From assembly GCA_963823665.1 (NCBI GenBank), contig CAWGMQ010000003.1, positions 576,001 through 640,000 on the forward strand: a stretch of 64,000 nucleotides of DNA. The letters run 5' to 3'. This document shows, one piece after another, positions 22,801-36,258 of the stretch (its first letter is position 1; each line of letters begins with the position of its first letter). A program made the translations under genes and the position numbers. The notes beneath the pieces are model-generated. The model was not told the origin of the DNA and ran no database searches. It worked only from the letters and a program-made list of their open reading frames with translations. Origin of the DNA: an uncultured Planctomycetota bacterium. GTDB lineage: Bacteria; Planctomycetota; Planctomycetia; Isosphaerales; Isosphaeraceae.

Positions 22801-25800
22801 AGCTGTTGTCACCTCCGTTAACCGTCACCGGAATCGACGGCAGCGTGTTGATGTTGATGATGTTGTCGCTGCCGGTGGTGGTGATCTCGGCGCCATTCCC
22901 CTCAAGCGTGCCATCCAGGTTGAACGTGCTGCCGCCAAAATTCGTGCTGTCGATGAACACGGTGAGGGACGGACTCGCGGTTGAGTTGGTCAAGCCCGAG
23001 AGCGTGGCCAGCGCCGGCAGCATGACGTTGCCCGCGGTGGCATCGAGCGTGACCGTGCTGCTTGTGCTGGTGACCGACACACCCGGCTCGACCGTGATAT
23101 CGCCGGTGGCGGTCAGGTCGACGTCGTCGGTGGCACTTACCGGTTGCTCGATGTCGAGTGAGCCGCCCGCAGAGATATCGATCTGGCCCGTGGCGGAGAG
23201 CGTCGTGGGGAAAGTTACGCTCGGTTCCGCCGCGGCGGCTGCACTGCTCGAAATTGCGAGGGGACCGGAGTTAACGATTTCGAGCGGCCCGCCCCCGGCA
23301 CTGGCGATGAGCTGCTGGAGGCTCGTGGCAATTCGGTTGGCTGCGGTGCCGATTCCGGTCTGGGCCAGAAGGACGGCGTCGGTGGCACTCACGAGCGTGG
23401 TGCCGCTCGTCTGCGCTTTCAAGATCGCTCCGGCGGAGTTAATCAGCGCGACACCACCGACGTTGACGAGTCCGAGTGACAGATCACCAGCGGGCTGGTT
23501 CAGGTACACGTCCAACCCGGCGATTGCATTGACCACGTCCGGGATGGTTTGCGGTTGGGGGGAGGCGAGGTTGATCGGGACGTCACCGCCGCCGATGGTG
23601 CCGATATCGCCGGCAGGGGCGTTCAGCGTGATGGTAGCGGCCTTCAGGTTCACGTTGTTCGAAAACGGCGTGCCGTTGGCGTTATAAATGGATCCGCCTG
23701 TTGCGGTCAGCGTGAGACTACCTTGAGCGGAAGTAATCAGGCCGACCGGAAGGTAGTCTGGGGCAGTCAGGTTCACCGTGACGGCACTCGAGTTGCCGGC
23801 CTGGATGTTCACGGCTTGCGAGACGGTGACGCCGAGCAAGTTATAGGTGCTAGGCGTTTCGGTTGGCACTGCTCCGGCGGTAGTCTGAGACGTGCCGTCG
23901 CCGATCGTGAGATTCACGGTTTCGGCAACAAGAGCAGAGCCGTTCACCGTGAGATTGTTCGTCGTGTTGTTGAGTGCGGAGACTTGCAGCGTGACTACAC
24001 CATTTGGAGCACTCGCCTGAAGCGAGGGGCTGCCGGCGAACGTGCTTTCGACGAGCTGGGCGACGATGGTGCCACTGTCGCCGATCGAGCCCCCGGCGCT
24101 CAGGTTGAGCGAGTTCGTGACGATCTGATTGGTGGTACTCGAGCCAGACGGAATTTCGATGCTCGCCTGCGTATCTGTAATTACGGTGGACCCCACGGGG
24201 TTGTCGATCGTTCCATCCAGGTCAATGTCTCCGCCACCGCTGTCGGTTAAGAGGACCTGGGATGCGGACTCGGGCGCCTCACCCGTCGTGTAGTTGAAGC
24301 TCGATGAGTCACTTGCCGTGACCTTGATGAGACTCGAAAGACTGGCGGAGGAGGGAAGTTCATTGCCGACGTTGATATTGTTGAGAACCAAGGTGTCGGG
24401 AGACTCGTTGGCGATGAGCACACCCGCGACGGCCGAGCCGAAGTCAATGGCCGGGGTGCCGGAGATCTCGGGCGACCCGTCGCCGGTGGCGGAGAAAACG
24501 ACACTGCCGGGGACGGTGGGCTGGATGTTGCTGACCACAATCTGATTGGACTGGATACTCCATTCGACGTTTCCGATGTCGACGAGCTGGTTTTCAGTGG
24601 GGCCGATCTTCAGCTCGGGAGCGATGCCCAGGATGGTGACGCCGGAATTGAACTGGATCTGATTTGAGGCGGTCTTGGTGGCGGCTGCACTGGTTGTCGG
24701 AACGGTGGGACTCGGCGTAGTCGAGGAGACGTCGAGTGTGCCGGCCACGATACTCGAGCCCGGCGCGGCGGTGATGCCTGAGGAGTAATTCAGGATATTG
24801 GTCGGATTGTTATCCGGCTCGCCGATTCCGTCACTGTCGGCATTCGGGTCTGAATTGACGGCGATCGAGCCGGTGGTTGCCGTGATCTTCACGCTGCTGT
24901 CGCCAGTCAGGTTAGCGCCGCTTGCCAGGTTGACTTGCGAGACATAGGTCGCGGTGAGGCTCGTGGTCGCATCGGTCGGGGCGACCAGGGCTGTGGAAGT
25001 CGAGTTCGCGGTCGCCGTCGCGCTTCGGTTTGAGGTGGGCGTGCTGCTCGATCCACCACTGCCGCCGGAGCCGACGGGGGGTGCGGCGTCTGCCGCGCTT
25101 ACCTGGACGATCGCGGCGGAGAGGTTGGCGCCGGAGTCAACGCTCGTGGTGGCTTCAGAGTCGACCGTGGTCGTCGCGGTCGAGTTGCTGTCGGCCACGA
25201 GGCCGCCGTTCGTCGAGGTTGCCGTGGAGCTGGCATTGGTTCCGGTCTGGGACTGGACGAGCAAAGTTCCGAATGGTGCGGAAAGGGTTGAGCCGGCGCC
25301 CACTTCCACGTCGGCTGGGTTGGTGAACAATGTGGTGGCGAATGCATCGGAACCGACACCGATGCCGCCGGCTATGCCCGTTGCCGTGGCTGATGCCGAG
25401 CCCGTGGAGCTGGCAGTCACGCTCAGGTTCCCGACTGTAGCGGTGATCGAGGCGCCGGGCGCAACGAATGTGAACGTGCTCACGCTCAGCGAGGCCAATG
25501 CTGTGGCCTCGGCGTAGATCTGAGCGGCCTGGTCGCTGGTCAAGGTGAACGAGGGAGCCAGGTTGTTGATCTGCTGCGTCAGGTTTGCAATCGCTTCTGT
25601 CTGAGAAATCGGAATTTGTTTCTGTGTCAGGTCGGAAACCACGTTGCCGCAAACGTCGTAGATCCGGATGTGCAGGAGACCCTTGTTGTCGATGCCGGTG
25701 ACGAGCAGGTTGTCGCCGATCGGAATGTTCGATCCGTCGCCCCACGAGACCACCTGCACCTGGGGTTGCAAAATCGCGGTTACCTCGGCGAGGAGCTGGG

Positions 25801-28800
25801 CTTGCTGGGCGGCGGTGGGCTGCTGCGAGGACGAGTACTGGGCGATTTGCTGCTTGAGGTTGGCGATAGCGGTTGCATCGCCGGACTCGTTGTTCTGGGG
25901 GACGACCTTGCCGGTGTTGTCAAAAACCTCGATGTGAAGCACATTGGAGCTGTCGGTGCCGACGACCACCAGGTTCTTGCCGGTGGTCGGGAAACTCGCG
26001 TAGCTGGCGACCTGGACTGTCGGTGTGGTTGGCGCAGTATTGCCGATTGTCGCTTCGGCGTGGGAGTCGCCGATCGCGATGAACGATCCCGAGTAGTCTG
26101 AGTTGCTGGAAGTGGCGGTGCCGTTTGAGGTCGAAGTGATACTGACGTCGCCGGTGGCCGCGTTCAGAACGGCTCCGCTGCCGACATAGGTCTGGACGAT
26201 CGGATCGACAGTCGCGGAGGCGTTGCCGCCGGCGCCGGCCGCCGTCGCGGCGAAGGCGCTCGCGACCGTTGTGATGGGATTGATCGTGTCGGTGGCGGTG
26301 GAGCTGATCTGGATGCTCCCGGCGTTTATCTTGACGTTATCAACGACGGCCTCGATCGTGCTATTGATCTGGTTCGACGACAACGAGATGCCGACGGACG
26401 CACCGAAGGGAGCGAACGAGAGTGCGCCGGCGCCCACCGTGGCGGTGATCAAGCCGGTTTCGCTTGCGCTTACGGTCACCTGGTCTGCCGCGGTGACATC
26501 GCTCTTTGAAGTCGGGCTTGCACCGGTGATATAGCTTTCGACATCGTTCGTGATCGTATTCGTCGAGCTGGCGCCGCCGCCCGAGAAGCCGACGCCGGTC
26601 AGAGAGAAACTGGCCGAGACCGAGGCCGCGAGTGCAAAGGCACCGGCAGTCGGAGTCGCGACAGCCGTGATACTGACGTTCGCCGCAGAGTCAATCGTCG
26701 AGGCGTCGCTGTAGGCGTAAACGGTGTCGGCGATGGTGTTGTCGGCGACCGCACCGCCGATGGAAAGTGCTACCGACCCCGTAGCGCCGGTGGCGATCGT
26801 GACCGAGGCAGCGCCGGCCGTCGCCGAGACATTCGGATTGTCGTCGGCTTTGACAATGACGTCACCGCTCTCCTTGGTTGTGATCGACGCACCGCCCGTC
26901 ACGTAGGCTTCGACCGTGTTCGTGAGGTTGTTGGTCGTATTGGCACCGGCGCCCGCGCCGGCAACGGCGGCCCCTGACCCAACGGCGATCGAGGCGGCGC
27001 CTCCGGCGCTGATGGAGTCAATCGTGACATTCTCGTCCGCCTCGATGTGGACGTTTCCATTCGTGGCGGTGACGGTCGCGCCGTCGACGTAGGCGAGAAT
27101 GTGGTTATTCATCGTATTCTGCAAGACCGCCACCCCGGCAGCGGCTGCGATGCCGACTCCGGTCGTAAGGCCCGCTGCGATCGCGACCCCGCCTCCGGTT
27201 GACGATATGCTTGTGCTGTCGGTGGCAGTCACGGTGACTGCGCCATCCGAAGCCGTCACGTTCGACGTGGTGCCGTTGATATATGCTTCGATATCGTCCG
27301 TGATGGTGTTCAAGGTGGTAGAGCCGGCGGCGGCGACGCCAATCCCAAGCCCGCCCCCGCCCCCGGCAGAGATGGCTCCGCCGATCGTCAGGCCGCCGAT
27401 CTGCGCGGACTCGGTGGCCGCGATCGTCACGGCGTCCGAGGCGGTCACAGTCGAACTGTCGACGAACGCCTCGACCGTGTCGGTGATCGAGTTGATCGCG
27501 AAACCGACGCCGAGCGATACGGCGACGCCTCCGCCGGCGCCGACGCCAATGCCTACTCCACCACCGTTGGCTGTGATCGAGGGCATATCGCTGGCGAGGA
27601 TCTTGACGTTGCCGGCGAAGGCGGTGACCGTCGCGCTATCCTGGACGTAGGCTTCGGCCGTGTTGTTGATGTAGTTGCCCGAGCCGGCGCCGGCCAGGCC
27701 GAGTCCCACCCCAGCGCCACCGATGCCGACGGCGACGGCGCCGCCGATCGTCCAGGCCTGGATGGTCGCTCCCTCGGTCGCTTGAAGCAGGATATCGCCG
27801 GTTAGCGACGTGACAGTCGAACCATCGACGTATGCCGGAACAGAGTTGGCGATGTCGTTACGCGCTGCGGAGATTCCGATCGCGACGCCGGGGGTGCCTT
27901 CGAGCCCGACGCCCACGGCGAGGCCACCGCCGACAGCGACGATAGTCGCCGAATCGGAGGCGAGAACCGAGACGCCTGTGGACGCGTGGACGATGCTGGG
28001 GCCGCTCGAGTCACCGGTGATCGCGGCGACGACCGACTCGCGGAGGAAATTCAAGTTGAGCGAGCCCGCGACCGCGACTCCCTGGGCTCCGGCGGCGCCG
28101 ATGGCCACGCTGACCAGCTCCGAGCTGATGTCGACGGGGACGGGAATCTGGACGAAGCCGAAGTTGAGGGAGTCAGTCGAGCCGGGCAACTCCGGAGGTG
28201 GGCCGAAGTCGGCCTCGACCGAGATGTCGCCGGTGGTCGCGGTGACCTTGGAGCCGGTGATGGTGCCGCTCACTTGATGCTTGTTCGTCGAGGCGACAGT
28301 GTTCGACGTACCGGTCAAGTCGGGGTTGGCCGGATCAAAGCTGCCGCCGATGTAGTTGTAAGCGATCGCACCGCCGGCGGCGACGCCGTCCAGACTGATG
28401 GCGATGGCACCGGCCACGACCACCATGATGGCTGACTCGAGAGCCAGCGCGCTGACGGAGTCTTCTGCGACAACCGTGGAGTCGGAGATATGGGCGTCGA
28501 CGTTGTTGGCGATCGAGTTCACGGTGATCGAGCCGCCGAGTGCGAATCCGTCGCCGGTTCCGGCGCCGCCGACGGCGACCGCGACCAGCAGAGGCATTGA
28601 GGTCGCCGTGACGTCAAGGTCGCCCCCGGTCATCACGGTCGAATGGTCGACGTAAGCGGTGATCGAGTTCTGGATGAGGTTGTAGCTGACGGCGGCGCCC
28701 TGGGAGGCCCCAGCAATGCCGCCGGCCACCGAGCCGATGGTGGAGGTGTCGGTCGCTGTTACCGTGACTGTCCCGCCGGCGGTGACGCTCGAGGACGCGA

Positions 28801-31800
28801 TGTTCGAGGTGGCCCCCATCGGTATGTCGTCGGAGATAAAGGCGCTTGTAACATCCTGTATCTCGTTGACCGAGATCGACCCGGAGCCGGCGAGCCCGCC
28901 GCTGCCGGTCGTTGCCGCGATTCCGATTGTGCCGCTGCCGATCAGTGCGGTATCAGTGGCGTCGACCGTCACGGTGCCGGAGAAGTCGATCGTGGAATTG
29001 GCGAGGTAGGCGCTGGTGGTGGCCGTGATGAAGTTAACGCTTAGTGCCGCGCCGATGCCGGCCTGGCCGCCGACTCCGACGGCGCCGCCTACGGAGATGA
29101 TGCCGGAGCTGTCGGTGGCCTGGACGTCGAGATCAGCGGCAGTGGGCTCGTCGACGGGCTGGGTGATGCTCGAGCTCTGAACGTAGGCGAGGGTCTCGTC
29201 CTGAATGTCGTTGACCGCGATCATGCCGGCGCCTGAGTCGCTGTCTTCACTCGTGGAGATGCCTCCGGAACCGGTGATGGCGAGGATTCGAGGCTGGGTT
29301 GACGGAGCCTCGTCAGAGGCGGTGATCGACAGTGTGCCGCCGTCGAAGATCACGGTGGACCCGTCGATATAGGCGTCGGTCTGGGCGGGGTCGATGGTTC
29401 CGTCCAGGGCAAAGCCGATCAGGTTGATCGCGATTGCGACGCCGAAGCCCTTGTCGCCGCCGTAGGCGACGGCGCCGGCAATCGCCGCGATCTCGGCTGT
29501 TTCCTGGGCCGTGATCCAGGAGTCGCCTGCCAGGGTCAGCTTGGCGTCCTGGACGTAGGCCTCGGTATCGGGCAGATCGACATCGATTGACAACGAGCCG
29601 GCGACCGCGGTGTTCGACCCGCTTGCGCCTGCGGGCACGGCGGACGTGGCCTTGGAGGCGCCGGCGGTGAGCGAGCCGACGTAACCGCCGTGGTCCGCCG
29701 TCACGGCGAGCTGGGCGGTCGTGACCGTCGCGTTTTCGAGATAGGCCTTGGTTTTGGCGATGATGTCGTCGGTCGAAAGGGCGCCGGCGACCGCCGTGTT
29801 GCCGGATGTGGAGCCGATCTGCTGCTGCGCGGAGGCGACGCCGCCGGCGACGCTGACGACGATCGTGCGAGTGGCGGCGTTTATGTCCACCGTGACCGGG
29901 ACGAATGACTGCACGCCCGACGCGGCGGAGAAATCGAGCGCGATGGCGTTACCGGCGCCGGCGTCGTTGAACGAGTCGGCCAGCTCGATCTGGTTCGGGT
30001 TCAAGACGATGGCATAATACGTCTGGCCAGACGTCAAACCGCCGATCGGTGAGGAGCCTGCCTCGTATTCGATGGCCTGGCCGGTCTCCAGTCCATGTGG
30101 CTGGGTGAAACTCAGGATGGTTGTCTCGACTGCCGAAGGATCGAACGTGATGGCGGTACCGGAAGGGGGCGTGAGGGTCTGGGTACCGGTTGCGCTCGAG
30201 GCGTCGAGCGGCAGCGGGATGCCGGCGGCTGCGTCGGTCGGGGAGTCCGCGAGCTCGATGTCGTATTTGTCGACTGCAATCACGTAATCGGTATCGTTGT
30301 TAGTCAGGCCGCTGATCGGCGAGTCAGCAAAGTAGGCGACCGGAGTGCCGGTCGGCAGGTTGGGGGGTTGACTGAAATGAATCACGGTGGAGGGTGGCGC
30401 GGTTGGGCTCGAGGCCAACGGCAGCGCGGAGCTGGGAGTGGTGATCGTTCCTGGGTCGTTAACGTAGGCTTCGGTATCGCTCTGCAACACGTTGGCGGAG
30501 ACGGCGCCGGCGATTCCGTAACCGCTCTGTGCCGTGAGCGGGTTCGAGACTCCCAGGTCGGACCAAGAGAAACCCACGTTGTCAGGGATTGGGTTGTTGT
30601 TGCTCTGGACCTGGCCCTGCGTGGGCGAGATAAACGCCGCGGCGTAGGTGAGCGTGCCGACCTGGCCCTCGTCGGTGGCACCGACATCGAGTGAGGCGAT
30701 GTCGTACGAGCCAGGCTCAGTCGGCGTGGACGTGCTGCCGATCAAGGCGAGCGTCGTTCGGTTCACGTTGTTGACCGCCATGGCGAATCCGACACCGATG
30801 TGGTTTCCCGTGACGGCGCCGCCGGTGACTCCGACCAAGATCGTTTTGTCGTCGGCGGTGACAGAAACCGGGCCGCCCTGGACGATATTGCCGGCGACGT
30901 CCTTCCCGCCGTTCACGGTGACGCCATCCTGGATCTGAGCGGTGGTGTGGTCCGTCACGTTGTACCAGGCGATCATGCCGGCGATGCCCAGATTGCCGCC
31001 GGCGTCGCCGGACTGGACGAGCGAGAAGGCGATGGTTATCTGCTTTGCATTGACATCGAGCGAGCCGGCGGAGCCGACCACAATTTGCGCGCCCGAGTCG
31101 ATCGTGGCGGAGGTGGTGTTACTCACCACATCGATGAACACGGAGGCGCCGATGGCGTTCTGGCCCTTGGAGTCGCCAACCAAGTCGATGGCGCTGCCCA
31201 AGCCTTGCTTCAAACCCTTGTCGCGGATGTTCTGGATGAGCGAAGCGGGGGAGAGATTCAAGTCGAATGAACCGGCCTCGGCGGCGTTTTCGTAGTCGGT
31301 CTTGGCGGAAACGGAGACCGACTGCGCGGCGTTGCGGAAGACGATTCCTTGATTCGTTCCGAGGGCGTTCGGGTCACTGACCTTCTGGTTGATGTTCGCA
31401 TCACCGATGGTGGCCTGGGTATCATTGACATAATCGCAGAACTGGATGTTTCCGCCCAGGGCGGTGCGGGCCTCGTCGTTGGTATTGACCTTGGAGCTGG
31501 CGATGTTGTTCAAGATGTCGGTGCCGAGTCCGAGCATGCCGTCGGTGATGAAGCCGGTGAGGAAGTTGAGCAGGTTGTAGTTGGGGTTGCCCGAGTTGTA
31601 GAGGATGTCGCCTTCGACGCTGTTGACGCTCTGCGGCACCTCGAGTGGGATCGTCGTGGTCGCCGTGACCGAGATGGTTCCGGCGGCATCAACCGAGGCG
31701 CTGGAGTCGATCTCGGCGGTAACGGTGGGTGTATAGTAGCCGATGCCGAGCGCGAGGGCTCCGGCCAAGCCGGAGCTTGTGCTTTGCTGATCGCCATCCT

Positions 31801-34800
31801 GGCCGGTGAGCGACGCGGTGGTTGAGCTGTCGACCGTCTGGGTCAAGCTTGCACTGATGGCCACATTGGTGCCCGACTCGATCCTCGCGTCGGCGCCGAC
31901 CTCGGCATTGACGATGTCGACCGGCGTGACCTGGACGAAGACCGAGCCCGCGAGCGAGAAGTTCGGGCTCTGGCCCGTGGACCCAGGGAGTGACGCGAGC
32001 AGGCTCTGAAGCGACGATGGGCTCGAGCCGCTCGTGCCGCTCGTGATGGCGCTATTGACCGCGGGAGCGGCGACCTCCGGCTTGGCGATTGCATCCTGAA
32101 CGGAGGGTGTGCCGCCGATACCGCTGGCGACGAACGAGTTCTGGGAGTCGGTGAGGGTCGCACTGATGTTGACTCCCGCCGTGCCCTGCGGGGTTAACGT
32201 GTTGGGCGAGGCCGTGAACGGGTCGTCAAACGCCATCAGCGACGTGTCAATACCGCCGAATGCGGTGACCACGACCGGGCGCGTGTCCTCCGGGGTGAAA
32301 GGGACGGCGTAGTTGGCGTTGGTTGTCAACGCGCCTGTCGACGGGCCGAATTTCAGCGGGGTTGGGGTATGGGATAAAGCGTCCTGCTGGGAATCGTCAA
32401 GCTCGATGATCCCTGGAGTGCTTGTGAGGATCACATAATAGACAGTTCCCGCCGTCAGGGCGGGGATTGCCGAGTCGCTCGAGGCCACTGGCCCCAAATA
32501 GACAAACGGATCGCCGGTTTGCAGGCCGGGATCGAACGGCACCGAGGAGTTCGGATCGCTCAAATTGTTGAATGTGATCTGGTTGGAGGAGACCGAGACA
32601 TTGTCGCTGGTGGGCGCTGCGAACATCACGTTGGTGGTCGTTCCGGAGGCGAGCGAAACCGAGATCGGGTTACCGCTTGAGTCGACGAACGCGACCAGGC
32701 CGGGATGATTGATCCGATCGGGAAGCGTGATGTAATAAGTCTGGCCGACCGTGAGGCCGGTTATACCCTCGTCATTTGCAGTGGCGGGCCCTTCATAGAC
32801 GAGCGGCTCGTTCTTGACGAACCCGGCGTCGAAGCCGAACTCGATGGTTGAGCCGGAGCCCGGGACGGGTTGTCCTGGAGGGTTGACGGTGACGTTGAAC
32901 GTGCCGACCGAATATGGGCTGCCGATTCGTGCGTTGTCGATACCGGTGGCGGTCCAATCCTGGCCGTTATTCGCGTTCGAGATGGCGGTGGCTTCCCCGG
33001 CGTTGCCGGCCTTCACGGCGTCCGAGGTGTCGCCGGGATTACTGGCCAGGAAGGCGTCATAAGCGGCGGTGTAGGCGGCCTGGCTCTGAGCGGTAAAGAA
33101 GGCCGTGCCGGCCGCGGCTGTGGCTTCCGCAGCGGTGGCACTGGTGCTGGTCAACCGCATCAACCGGGGGTTTTGCGAGTCGAGGATCACGTAGTAGGTT
33201 TGGCCGTCGACCAAGCCCTGGACGACGGAGCCGAGAGCACCGTGGTAGATCAAGGAAGCGCCGCTGCTCAGTGTTCCGGCGAGGGCGATGTTGAAGCCGG
33301 CGTCGATGGTGTTATCGGTGGAGTCGATCGAGACGGAGGGATCGAACGTGAAAACGTTCACTCCGCCCACGGTGTTTGAGCTGATGGAGAGTGCGTTTCC
33401 CGCTTCGGCATCTTGCTCCGAGTCGGCAAGCTGGATGACGGTTGACGTCGAGGTTGAGTCCTGGCTGTCGGGAATGGACCAGTAGCGGACACCCGGGGTC
33501 AGGCCGCTGATGAAGGAGCCCTGGTAGATGAAGCTGTCGCCGAGCGTGAACCCCGCGTTGAAGTTGAACTGGATCGTGTTGGGCTGCATGTGGCTGGGGT
33601 TGACCGTCACACCCAGCCGTTGCTGCAAGCCCGTGAATCCGGGGTCCAGGTTGAGCGGGACCACGGCGCCGTCTTGTCCGTTCTTGCGCGGCGAACTGAA
33701 GAGCTGCAGGGTATCCGGGCTAGCGGAATTCACGATGGCGTAATAGGTACCGTCAGAGAGCCCGTCAATCGCCTCGTCGGCCACTGCATTATATGTAAGT
33801 GTGTCACCATCATTGAATCCTGGGTTCGAGTCGAACGTGATGGTGCCGTCGGTTTCGTTGACGTCGGAAATGGGGACGGTGACAGGAGGGGACAAGGAGA
33901 TGTCGGTCAGGGTGGGATACTGGCGGAATGGGATGAACGTTCCGTTGTCGGCGTCGGCGGCCGTTGCCGCGAGCTGGATTTCATCGGTGAGGGTGCTGGG
34001 GACGATGATGTAGTAGGTCGTTCCGGAGGTGAGGCCGCCGATGGGGCCGTTGTCGTTGCTGGAGTAGGTGAACGACTGGCCGGTTTGCAGTTTGGCCATC
34101 GCGGATGGTGAAACTTTGATGGCATTATTGGCGAAGTCGACGCCGGTGTCGGGATCGAAGGTGAGGGCGGGCGCGCTGGTGCCGGCACCGGAGATCATGG
34201 TGCCGTCCTCGGTGGTTGTGACGTGGTTCTCGGTGACGTTGACTCCGACGGCCACGCCGGCCAAGCCGCTGACGTAGGTGCCGGTTGTGGGTATCGCGGT
34301 ATTTTCCGTGTTGCCGGTCGACGTGAGGTTGATGTCGCCGGAGGCCATCACGGTCGCGCTCTTGGCAACGGTCGCGTTTGCGGTCTGATTGATCACGCCG
34401 ACGCCCAGCGCGATGGCGATGTCGTCGGAGTTGACCGGGGCGGTGCCGGTGTTCTGGCTGACGCGCGCGGTGTCGGTGTCGGTGGTGTTGGCTGTTGAAG
34501 AGAGGGTGATGTCTCCGCCGGTTGACGTGATCTGGGCATTGCTGCAGACATTCATCTGGGCATCGGTTGTGCCCATCATGAACGCGATGGCGGCGCCGAA
34601 CTGGGTGCCCAGGCGGTAGATGGCCTGACCCTCGGCGTCGGCGGTGCTGGAGGAGGCCAGGGTGACGTTTCCGGAGCCCGTGATTTGCGTGTACTCGCCG
34701 GCGGTGACAGTCGAGGCGGCGTTGCGGTAATTGATCGAGACCGGCAGCACGGCGAGGTTGAGCCCTGGAATCAAGCTTGTAGCCTGGAGCGCCGTGCTGA

Positions 34801-35877
34801 GCAACGTACCGACCCATGGGCCCCAGGAAGCGAACTGTTCGTCGCTGGATTGATCCGTTCCGCTGCCGGCGAGCGTTGAGACCAGGGGGATGTCACCCGC
34901 ATTGGCCTCGATATCGATCGTGCCGCCGTCGACGACGGTGGGGGAGCCCGCCGTGCTGTCCATGAAGTCGACGGTGGACTGGCGCATGGTCGCTTCGAGC
35001 GTGGGGAAGCTCAGGCCGTCGAGTGTGTAGTTCGTATTGTTGGCCTTGAGAGTGATGCCACCGGCCTGATAAGAGTTTGTGGCCTGAGCGAACAGATCCG
35101 AGCCGGGCTCGACGGTGATTGCCGGAGCATTAAAGCCAACGTTCAAGATCGGATTGTTGGGATCGGAGTTGGCCACGGTGATCGAAAGCGATCCGGAATT
35201 TCCGGTCGACGGTGCGCTCGAGTAGCTCGTATTGGTGCCGGTAGTCCTGGTCGAGATGGTCGCGGGGCCCTGAGGAAAGACCTCGCCGGACGGGGTGCCG
35301 ATGATGACATTTGAGAAGCCGTTGACGTTGAAGCCACCCCCTTGTGTATCAACGAGTCCCTGGATCTGCATGAGCTGGTTGGATGAACCGATCGACGCAG
35401 CGTCGATCGACATCGTGTAGCCTTTGGTGAAGATGCCCTGGAGGAACACGCCGTTTTCGGAGTCGCTAAGGGTGGAGGAGCTGCTGGAGAGCCGGCGGCG
35501 CTTGCGACCTGGGTGTCGATGTCGACGTTTTGGTTCTGTACGTTGAACGTTGCGCCGCCGCCGAAATCGGTTGTGTAGCTGGACTCGGTCTGGCCGGTAG
35601 CGGTGGCGTACATCAGGTTGCCCATTCTGTCCGTGGACAGGTAGAGCTCGTCGGAAAGCGAGTCGGACACGAAGTGCGCAGCGGCGGGCGAAGTGCTGGT
35701 GGCTGCCGTGAGGAACACCGAGATCGAGAGTAGCGTGCGATTTTCGAGGCCTTCGAAGTGGAGATATCGCGCCGGGCGGCTTGCGGGAGCGGGCCGCCGG
35801 CGTGAGGGGCCGTCTGGAGGAGAGAGCTTCGACCGCTTTCGGAAAGGCCACCAACTCGGCTTTGAAGTGCGGGACAT
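10816..35877 (-). CDS. Giant (~8,300 aa) modular secreted adhesin-like protein; frameshifts near 35490 and 17030
   Basis: ORFs 35877-35143, 36073-16718 and 17076-10816 join across single-base shifts. N-terminal basic leader with FEGLENRTLLS (LEPR-XLL type). Then long S/T/G/A/N-rich beta-helix-like repeats, a Gly-rich tract, lactonase-like propeller blades, several PKD (WGDG) domains, two Ig-like group-3 repeats and a TadG-like C-terminal region. Confidence 0.85.
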
Positions 35878-36258
35878 CCGGGTGTTCCTCTGCTTGATGA
35901 AGGGTGTGATGTTCCACGGGCAGTGGCGCGCGCAGTATCTTCTCGACAGCGGCTATCGTGGCCGGCCTGAGAGAATTCTCCTTAACTTGAACGGGCGTCT
36001 GAGCCGGAGCGATGGAGGCATTCAAGCGTTGAATGAAGCGGGGAGCAAATCCTTGCGGCAGATCGCGACGCAACTCCGGACTTGGTGTGCAATGTCATCC
36101 CCTCAACGCGGCAGGGCACTCCGGTGGCCGTCGCGACCCGTCCGGGCGAGAGCCCTACAGACTTACGCGCGGGCGGGGCCGACCCGAGCGCAGGTTTGTC
36201 AATTTTTTTTGAACGCGGATTCAAGGTGAGAAGCGTTTGCGGCGTGACGCGTCGCGCT

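Noticed and set aside
35878..36073. Start of the 6,451-aa ORF at 36073
   Set aside because: The first ~190 residues are off-frame, Arg-rich text. The real N-terminus with the export motif is in the 35877 frame.
36038..36090. c-di-GMP-I riboswitch-like string (GCAAA...GACGCAA.CTCCGG) upstream of the giant gene
   Set aside because: It lies on the strand opposite the gene and lacks a convincing P2 stem with a GNRA loop.
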